A stretch of 64,000 nucleotides of DNA from Candidatus Bathyarchaeota archaeon (GTDB lineage Archaea; Thermoproteota; Bathyarchaeia; Bathyarchaeales; Bathycorpusculaceae). Both the position numbers and the translations under genes were made by a program. The DNA lies in NCBI GenBank assembly GCA_963811105.1, contig CAWEPZ010000011.1:1216001-1280000 (forward strand). The letters are read 5' to 3'. Below, piece by piece: positions 57,465 through 64,000 of the stretch; position 1 is the stretch's first letter, and the number at the start of each line of letters is the position of its first letter. Below the pieces are notes generated by a model, which saw only the letters and a program-made list of their open reading frames with translations, was not told the DNA's origin and searched no databases.

Positions 57465-58748
57465 GTGCCTAAAGCTTACTGGGGAGAAGTAAAAGATCCT
57501 GTACACGGGTACGTGTACATTACGGAAGCAGAAAAAAACCTTGTTGATTCATATCCAATGCAAAGGCTTAGGCGTCTGCGACAGCTGGCAGGTTCAGAAT
57601 ACGTTTACCCGGGCGCAAATCATACACGCTTTGAGCATTGCCTTGGCGTCATGTTTTTGGCAGGCCAAGTTTTGGATAACCCACGCATTTCACGGGTTGT
57701 AAGTGATGGAGAAGTTGATGTGTGTAGGATTTCAGCGCTGCTTCATGACGTGGGACACGGACCGTTCTCTCATGTTTTTGAGCACTTGTTGATAAAAGAA
57801 TTAGAGAAGACACATGAGGACATCACTTCATGGATTATTGAGAAGAGTGAAATTGCTGATAAATTATCAAAGATGGGGTACAATCCTCAGGAAGTATCAA
57901 AACTTGCGGTTGGCAAACTGCATAAACCGGGCAAAGCATTTCTTGACCAAATAATAAGTAGCGCCGTAGATGTTGACAAGCAGGACTTCATAGTTAGAGA
58001 CACCTATCATACTGGCGCTGAGTATGGTTTCATTGATGTTTACCGCTTGATTCATGCGCTTGACACTTTGGGGGAAAATTTAGCTGTTGAACTTGGTGCA
58101 TTATCCGCTTTGGAAGCCTTTATGATTGCTAGAATTGAATCGTTTAAGAGCATTTATTTTCATCGTGTCGGCAGAGCGGCGCAGATTATGTTGGCAACCG
58201 CCATGGAAAAAGCAAACAACGAGTTAGGGTTGACCTCGTTTAAGTCGCCTGAAGAATATTTAGCGTGGGATGACTATACAGTCTGGTCAGAACTTAAAAA
58301 ATGCGAGACATCAAAAGGAATTATTAGTGACCTGGAGCGTCGCAAAATGCTGAAGTGTGCTTATGAGCGAACCTTCTATGAGAAAGATACCATGATATCA
58401 AATATTTTCGGTCGAGAATCATACAGACAACAAATGCAGAGCGAAATAGCTAAGGAAGCAGGCGTAAAAATTGAATCGGTCATAATTGACGTGCCCACGG
58501 TGCCCTCCGTGCCTTATCATCACGCCGTACTCATGGAGTCAATGGAGATTCCAGTATTCACAAGAAGAAGCCAATCGGGGGAGAAAATGCAGCAGCGGCT
58601 GAGTGAAATTTCAAAAATTTTTGAAACATTAAAAGGTTTCATGAACATACTGCGCGTCTACACTGACGTGGCTGACCGGGAAAAAGTAGAGAAGGCAACT
58701 GCAAAAATCTTGGGCAAAGTACCTTCTGCAGCAAAAATTTCTTTTTAA
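57465..58748 (+). CDS. HD-domain phosphohydrolase (dNTP triphosphohydrolase-like)
   Basis: DPVHG, QRLRRLRQL, HTRFEH, LLHDVGHGPFSH, DVDKQD. Confidence 0.9.
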   Translation: MPKAYWGEVKDPVHGYVYITEAEKNLVDSYPMQRLRRLRQLAGSEYVYPGANHTRFEHCLGVMFLAGQVLDNPRISRVVSDGEVDVCRISALLHDVGHGPFSHVFEHLLIKELEKTHEDITSWIIEKSEIADKLSKMGYNPQEVSKLAVGKLHKPGKAFLDQIISSAVDVDKQDFIVRDTYHTGAEYGFIDVYRLIHALDTLGENLAVELGALSALEAFMIARIESFKSIYFHRVGRAAQIMLATAMEKANNELGLTSFKSPEEYLAWDDYTVWSELKKCETSKGIISDLERRKMLKCAYERTFYEKDTMISNIFGRESYRQQMQSEIAKEAGVKIESVIIDVPTVPSVPYHHAVLMESMEIPVFTRRSQSGEKMQQRLSEISKIFETLKGFMNILRVYTDVADREKVEKATAKILGKVPSAAKISF

Positions 58749-58821
58749 ACTTTTTTCTTAAATACTAGTGACACTCTAAGAAGAAAAGAGGAAATATTTC
58801 ACAGCAGTTGAAGGGACGCGT

Positions 58822-59337
58822 ATGGAGAATAACGCTCAAGACAAGAAAGTTATAAGCGTGAGAATAAGAAGGAAACCAGAACCAAAAGTGGAGCCAAACA
58901 TACTTTTTGCTCCACAGGACATTCACAAATTCGTAACTGAATTTGTTGCTTCCTGGATAAGAGGAGACATCACCATCCATTTCCCAACGGCGGCTGAATT
59001 AGCAAAACAAACCCCGCTGAGCATTGCTTTTCCAACCGACCCATCAGTAAATGCTGAACTGAAAATTAAGGAACACTACGTTGACTTATTATCGGTTATT
59101 GCAGGAATAAAACCCTCATCTGCTAGCGAGCAAGAAAAAGCAATTTCAGAAGTCTTCAAAATGCTGCTCATGTTCCGGTCCGCAAACAGAATTCAAGGCA
59201 AAATCATTTCAAATGACTTAGAAAAAAGAATCGAAGAACTTGAAAAAACCTCGAAAGACCAGGGTAAACTTGTTGAGCAGATAACTGGATTTTTATTCAA
59301 ACCGAAAAACACAATTAAGAAAACCCAAACTAGCTAA
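58822..59337 (+). CDS. Hypothetical protein with C-terminal coiled coil
   Basis: 171-aa ORF. Confidence 0.6.
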   Translation: MENNAQDKKVISVRIRRKPEPKVEPNILFAPQDIHKFVTEFVASWIRGDITIHFPTAAELAKQTPLSIAFPTDPSVNAELKIKEHYVDLLSVIAGIKPSSASEQEKAISEVFKMLLMFRSANRIQGKIISNDLEKRIEELEKTSKDQGKLVEQITGFLFKPKNTIKKTQTS

Positions 59338-59407
59338 AAGTCAGATTGCTGAAGGGTAAGGTTTATTCGAAGGTAAAAGCATTCTGCTTGATGCTTCTAA
59401 ACAAAGC

Positions 59408-59485
59408 GCTCCGGTAGTATAGTCCGGTCAAGTATACTGGCCTTTCGAGTCGGCGACCCGGGTCCAAATCCCGGCCGGAGCACCA
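59408..59485 (+). tRNA. tRNA-Glu(TTC), CCA encoded
   Basis: Acceptor GCTCCGG/CCGGAGC, anticodon arm CTGGC-CTTTCGA-GTCGG, T-arm CCGGG-TCCAAAT-CCCGG. Confidence 0.9.
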
Positions 59486-59662
59486 ATTATTCATGCCTTC
59501 TAATTTGGATTTTTCTGAGTTTCCTTAAATCTGATCTGTGTTTCGGGGTTTTTGCAGTAAGATCAGCCCATAAAGCAAGAAAGTAGGTCTTAACGTAAGT
59601 TCTCCAGTAAGCAAGCCAAGCTGTCGCTTGTGTTGAATTAAAAAAAGGATTTTGGAGTTTGC

Positions 59663-60306
59663 TTATGCCTGCAATGGTTTTCCACAGGTTGAGCAATAGG
59701 TGACATTTGCCTGTACTGGCGCGTTGCACTTTGGGCAGTATCTAGTTGCTTGCGTCGTTTGGTATGGCGGCTGTGCTGGAGTGGCATAAGTGTATGGTTG
59801 TGAGGAGCTCTTTATTGAGAAAAAGCCAATAATTGCAAAAATCCATGCGATAAATATCAGCTAGAAACCACCTAGAATTATCGTTAGTATTGCTCCAATC
59901 CACAGTAAATTCCCAGCAGTCTCAAAGGAGTGTTAACCTATTTTTAGCAGGCAAAGAGAACGCTCGTCTAAAGTACATTGCCGATAAGACGTAAAACACA
60001 AAGACAACCGCTAGTGCCGCGAACAACGCAAATAAGCCAAATCCTACTCCCGCTAATCCCGATGTAAAAACGCTGAATACTCCGCCTATTACTAATAAGG
60101 GAATACCAGCTGCGAGTGCAACCAACACAATGATACCAAAAATGAGACACCATAACGCGTTCTGGTATATGCCTTGTACTTTGTAGTCATTAGAAAACCC
60201 TTTCATTCAATGAAAACCAATATTATGCTTACGATGCTTGCTATTGGAAATATAAGCAGTATTGAGCCTATGCAAGCCAAGTTTTTATTTGATTCCAGCT
60301 GCTCAT
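59663..60306 (-). pseudogene. DUF996-like membrane protein with C-terminal zinc ribbon, multiply disrupted
   Basis: Fragments ESNKNLACIGSILLIFP, MKGFSNDYK...IYQNALW, LLWIGAILTIILGGF*, YCPKCNAP...YCSTCGKPLQA*. Confidence 0.7.
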
Positions 60307-60455
60307 TTTATTTTTACCTTATTAGACCCGCTTTTATATTATTGACAATAAAAGCTTTGTCAATCATATTAGCGATTGCCAGTTAAGGAGAACTTTTCAT
60401 ACAAACAGAACAATAAAATAAACCCATTCAAATAAATAATAAAGGAGAACCGCAC

Positions 60456-61988
60456 TTGACCGCGAGTCTAAATTCAGCTTACAAAGAACTTTTATCGAAA
60501 ACCAAAGATACAACGGTTCTTGGTACAGCCCAAGGCATAATACACTGGGATATGGAGACCATGATGCCGCCAGGAGCCATAGAACAGAGAAGCGAGCAAC
60601 TTGCATTAATGAGCCGAATTCAACACCAACTAGCCACTGACCCAAAAATAGGAAACTTGCTAAACACATTAAAATCAAGCTCAGAATTCCAACAACTAAG
60701 CCAAGAAGAAAAACGCAACGTATACCTAATCAACAAAAGCTACATAGAACAAACAAGTTTGCCAGAGAAACTTGTAGCTGACATTGCCAAGCAAGAAGCT
60801 ATAACGGTAAACGTTTGGAAAAAAGCTAAAGCCCAAAAGAACTACAACCTCTTCAAAACTGACTTTCAAAAACTTTTAGATCTGAGCAAGCAAGCCGCAG
60901 AAATCCTAATGAAAGTCAAGGAAACCAAGACTCCATATGAGGCGTTGATGGACAGTTTTGAGCCTAAAATGACCGCTGAGGAGATTACGAAGACTTTTAA
61001 GCAACTTCAACGTGGCATAAAACAACTAATAATTAAAATTCAATCAAGCCTGGACAAACCAGATACAACCATACTTTTTCAGTCGGTTCCAATAGAGAAC
61101 CAACGTCAAATCGCACAACTCTTAACCCGAACCCTAGGTTATGATACAGCTTCGCCTGAGGCGCATGGTCGAATTGATGAGACAGAACATCCCTTTTCTA
61201 CAGGCTACTATGACGATGTTCGAATAACTACGCATTATCACCTAAATAATTATGCAAGTTCAATTTTCTCTGTGCTTCATGAAAGCGGACATGCACTCTA
61301 CGAGCTGAACTTGAATCCAAAATGGAAATATCAACCTATTGGGTCGACGTGTTCCTATGGCATACATGAATCTCAATCGCGTTTCTATGAAAACGTAATT
61401 GGACGCTCCAAAGAATTCTGGACAAGCTTTCTTCCTCAAATCAAAAAAGTAGCCCCACCCTTTGCAAAAATTCAATTAGACAAGTTTATTCAAGCAATTA
61501 ACAAAGTTGAGCTGTCAAAAATACGAATCGAAGCTGACGAAGTGACATACAACCTACACATCATAATACGATTTGAAATTGAAAAAGATCTCTTCTCTGA
61601 AAAAATCTCAGTCAACGAGCTACCACAAGTCTGGAACCAGAAATACTCCGATTATCTGGGCGTAAAAGTTCAAGATGATTCTGAGGGAGTAATGCAGGAC
61701 ACCCATTGGGCAAGCGGATTATACGGTTATTTCCCAAGCTACGCGCTAGGCAACATTTACAGTGGACAAATAACTGCGGCGATTAACAAACAGTTGCCTG
61801 AGTGGCGCAAGCATGTGGCATTAGGAAAATTAGACCAGGTTAATGGCTGGCTAAAAACAAACATTCATCGTCGAGGGAACCTCTATGACCCAGAAGAACT
61901 TATAGAAAAAGCAACTGGAAAAGGCTTGGATTCTGAACCATACTTAAAATACCTAAACGAAAAATACGGTGACCTTTACAGTTTTTGA
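60456..61988 (+). CDS. Carboxypeptidase Taq (M32)
   Basis: WD..T.MP, HPF, RITT, HESGHALYE, HESQS, IRIEADE, QD.HW, GYFPSY. Confidence 0.95.
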   Translation: MTASLNSAYKELLSKTKDTTVLGTAQGIIHWDMETMMPPGAIEQRSEQLALMSRIQHQLATDPKIGNLLNTLKSSSEFQQLSQEEKRNVYLINKSYIEQTSLPEKLVADIAKQEAITVNVWKKAKAQKNYNLFKTDFQKLLDLSKQAAEILMKVKETKTPYEALMDSFEPKMTAEEITKTFKQLQRGIKQLIIKIQSSLDKPDTTILFQSVPIENQRQIAQLLTRTLGYDTASPEAHGRIDETEHPFSTGYYDDVRITTHYHLNNYASSIFSVLHESGHALYELNLNPKWKYQPIGSTCSYGIHESQSRFYENVIGRSKEFWTSFLPQIKKVAPPFAKIQLDKFIQAINKVELSKIRIEADEVTYNLHIIIRFEIEKDLFSEKISVNELPQVWNQKYSDYLGVKVQDDSEGVMQDTHWASGLYGYFPSYALGNIYSGQITAAINKQLPEWRKHVALGKLDQVNGWLKTNIHRRGNLYDPEELIEKATGKGLDSEPYLKYLNEKYGDLYSF

Positions 61989-62167
61989 GGAATCGGTTTC
62001 TTAGTTAGTTCCTTGTATATGAATATGACGAAATAGGCAACGATTGAGCCGAACCACAGGTAAATGCCCGTGTAACCTACAATTGCGTTATAGTTGTTGG
62101 CGCCATATAGGAACAACAAAAAGCCTACAATGAATACGCCTAAACAAGCCCAGTCAGTCCAAGACAT
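61976..62167 (-). CDS. Small 2-TM membrane protein
   Basis: MSWTDWACLGVFIVGFLLFLYGAN...; GAGG upstream. Confidence 0.6.
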   Translation of the reverse strand: MSWTDWACLGVFIVGFLLFLYGANNYNAIVGYTGIYLWFGSIVAYFVIFIYKELTKKPIPQKL

Positions 62168-62384
62168 CGTCGCTGCCTCGTAATGAGGCATTCAATGAAA
62201 CGTTAAGATATATAGATTTACCGATATGACCCCATTAAGATAGTGCGACAACCACCGAAAAGAAATAAAAAACCAAACAAATATTTAGTAATAAAATTAC
62301 TTTACTATCTTTGATAGATTTTTTTCATCTCTTCCGACATTCTTATATACGTGATAACGTAAAGAGAGCGCTGAGGCAATAATA

Positions 62385-63824
62385 ATGTCGGGAGCAGAAG
62401 CTAAAAAGCCAGAAACAAAAGAAGAATTTGTAAAAATGCTAATTGAAGCAGCAAAAAAAGAAGTAAACTCAAAAAATAAACCGTCAAAACCGACAGTTGT
62501 TGGAACAGCAAAAGAAATGGGCATTCACAGAGACACACTTTATTCTTGGCTTAAAGAGTTCAATGTCGATTTCAAAGAAATCGTTGATCGCATGCCGACA
62601 ATCGCTGACGATGTAGAAGAAGATTCAGGACCCACCTACCTAATCGGCGAATCATTATTAGGGGAAGGAAACGAAGTTGCGCACATTGATCTGATGATAG
62701 GCGACAAAAATGGACCGATCGGACAAGCATTCGCTAATGGTATGTCACAATTATCAGCCGGTCATACACCAGTTCTTGCAGTAATTAGACCTAATCTGCC
62801 GCCAAAACCACATACGCTAATAGTGCCAAAAGTCACCGTCAAAAACATGGAGGACACAGGCAAAATTTTCGGGCCAGCTCAAGCAGCAGTCGCAAAAGCA
62901 ATTGCTGACTCAGCCGAAGAAGGAGTTATCCCAGCAAACAAGCTTGACAGATGGGTTATTATTTGCAGTGTCTTCATTCATCCAAAAGCTACTGATTTTC
63001 GCAAGATATATCAATACAACTATGGTGCAACAAAAATGGCTCTACAACGAGCGCTAAAGAACTACCCTTCCCTAGAAAAGATCATATACGAAAAAGACCG
63101 CTCAAAGCATCCAATTATGGGATTCAAAGTTCCACGTCTATGGAGACCGCCATATCTACAAATCTCGCTTGATGCACCCTCACTTGAGAACGCCAAGAAA
63201 ATCCTATCTCAACTACCAGGCAGCGACAGAATCATCATTGAAGTTGGCACACCCTTAATCAAACGCTACGGAACACGAGTTATCAACGACCTAAGAACAG
63301 CCGCTAGAGACTTCTTTATGGTAGCAGACCTGAAAACTCTTGATGTTGGAAAAGTTGAAGCAGACATAGCTTACGAAGACACCGCTGACGCAGTAGTTGC
63401 AGCAGGATTAGCACCGCCAGAAACACTTGACGCATTTGTACATGAAGCTAAACGGCTCGGAATATATGCAGTTATAGACATGCTAAACGTTGAAGATGTA
63501 CTTGGGAAACTTAAATCGCTAAAAGACTTCCCGGATGTCGTCATATTGCATAGGGGTATTGACCAAGAAAGCGGACGAACCTGCGGTCTTGAACGTATAA
63601 AGATTATACGTCAAGCATTCATCGGCAAAAAGTTCCTAATTGCAGTCGCAGGCGGGATAGTGCCAGAAACAGCTAAAGAAGCATTAGAACAAGGCGCAGA
63701 CATACTCATAGTCGGCAGATACGTAACCCAGTCAAAAGACATAGAACGTGCGATACGAGACTTCCTTGAACTTACACCAAGCATGCGCGAAGACATCGAC
63801 CTCTTCAGAGTCCACACAGAATAA
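62385..63824 (+). CDS. fae-hps: Bifunctional formaldehyde-activating enzyme / 3-hexulose-6-phosphate synthase with extra N-terminal HTH
   Basis: Fae: [33 protein letters not shown]. Hps: [28 protein letters not shown]. Confidence 0.92.
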   Translation: MSGAEAKKPETKEEFVKMLIEAAKKEVNSKNKPSKPTVVGTAKEMGIHRDTLYSWLKEFNVDFKEIVDRMPTIADDVEEDSGPTYLIGESLLGEGNEVAHIDLMIGDKNGPIGQAFANGMSQLSAGHTPVLAVIRPNLPPKPHTLIVPKVTVKNMEDTGKIFGPAQAAVAKAIADSAEEGVIPANKLDRWVIICSVFIHPKATDFRKIYQYNYGATKMALQRALKNYPSLEKIIYEKDRSKHPIMGFKVPRLWRPPYLQISLDAPSLENAKKILSQLPGSDRIIIEVGTPLIKRYGTRVINDLRTAARDFFMVADLKTLDVGKVEADIAYEDTADAVVAAGLAPPETLDAFVHEAKRLGIYAVIDMLNVEDVLGKLKSLKDFPDVVILHRGIDQESGRTCGLERIKIIRQAFIGKKFLIAVAGGIVPETAKEALEQGADILIVGRYVTQSKDIERAIRDFLELTPSMREDIDLFRVHTE

Positions 63825-63868
63825 ACCAAGTCAAACCAAAAGTTCGACTTAATCTTTTTTCTTTTTTA

Positions 63869-64000
63869 TTAACGAAATATTTTTAGCGTTATGAAGGCAG
63901 CTAAGAAAACCACAGCGGCAATAACGAAAGTTGGAAGATAATTCAAGTTATGAGCAAGGAAAGGCCCAAGGAAAGCGCCTATTGCTGCTCCTATGCTCAC
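63869..64000 (-). CDS. C-terminus of a membrane protein, probably an MFS transporter, truncated by window edge
   Basis: VSIGAAIGAFLGPFLAHNLNYLPTFVIAAVVFLAAFITLKIFR*. Confidence 0.55.
   Translation of the reverse strand: MSIGAAIGAFLGPFLAHNLNYLPTFVIAAVVFLAAFITLKIFR

Noticed and set aside
57261-57506. Apparent head-to-head overlap of tmk and HD genes
   Set aside because: Disappears with starts at 57389 and 57465; a TATA-containing spacer lies between
57465-58748. HD dNTPase as antiviral defence gene
   Set aside because: Context divergent from tmk fits housekeeping nucleotide metabolism; no defence-island neighbours

Overview
Archaeal chromosomal window, most consistent with Bathyarchaeia. Evidence: class I LysRS, rpS3Ae, CofD, a Fae-Hps fusion, EndoQ with a PIP box, a TM-anchored PQQ-like beta-propeller protein, and GGAGGTG/GGTGA ribosome-binding sites. 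The lineage is inferred from gene content, not from a search. About 65 CDS and three intron-less tRNAs (Arg-CCG, Arg-GCG, Glu-TTC); no rRNA, CRISPR array or intact mobile element. Main modules: (1) a disulfide reductase-glutaredoxin-FTR/rubredoxin operon; (2) an orphan NuoM/MrpD-like gene bracketed by a 14-bp direct repeat, preceded by two unannotated paralogous single-TM micropeptides and an RHH regulator; (3) a stress region ending in a tandem array of five KGG/Em-LEA-like hydrophilin genes with a shared upstream motif and a decay gradient; (4) two alpha-glucan/glycolysis clusters linked by a shared DUF5752-like domain, with a bacterial-type GAPDH; (5) HypA plus ATPase-type HypB; (6) a YdjG/YdjI-like SPFH-zinc-ribbon module; (7) an HTH-fused Fae-Hps. 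Two conserved genes can apparently only start at non-canonical ATC/ATA codons. All family calls come from motif recognition; no database search was run.
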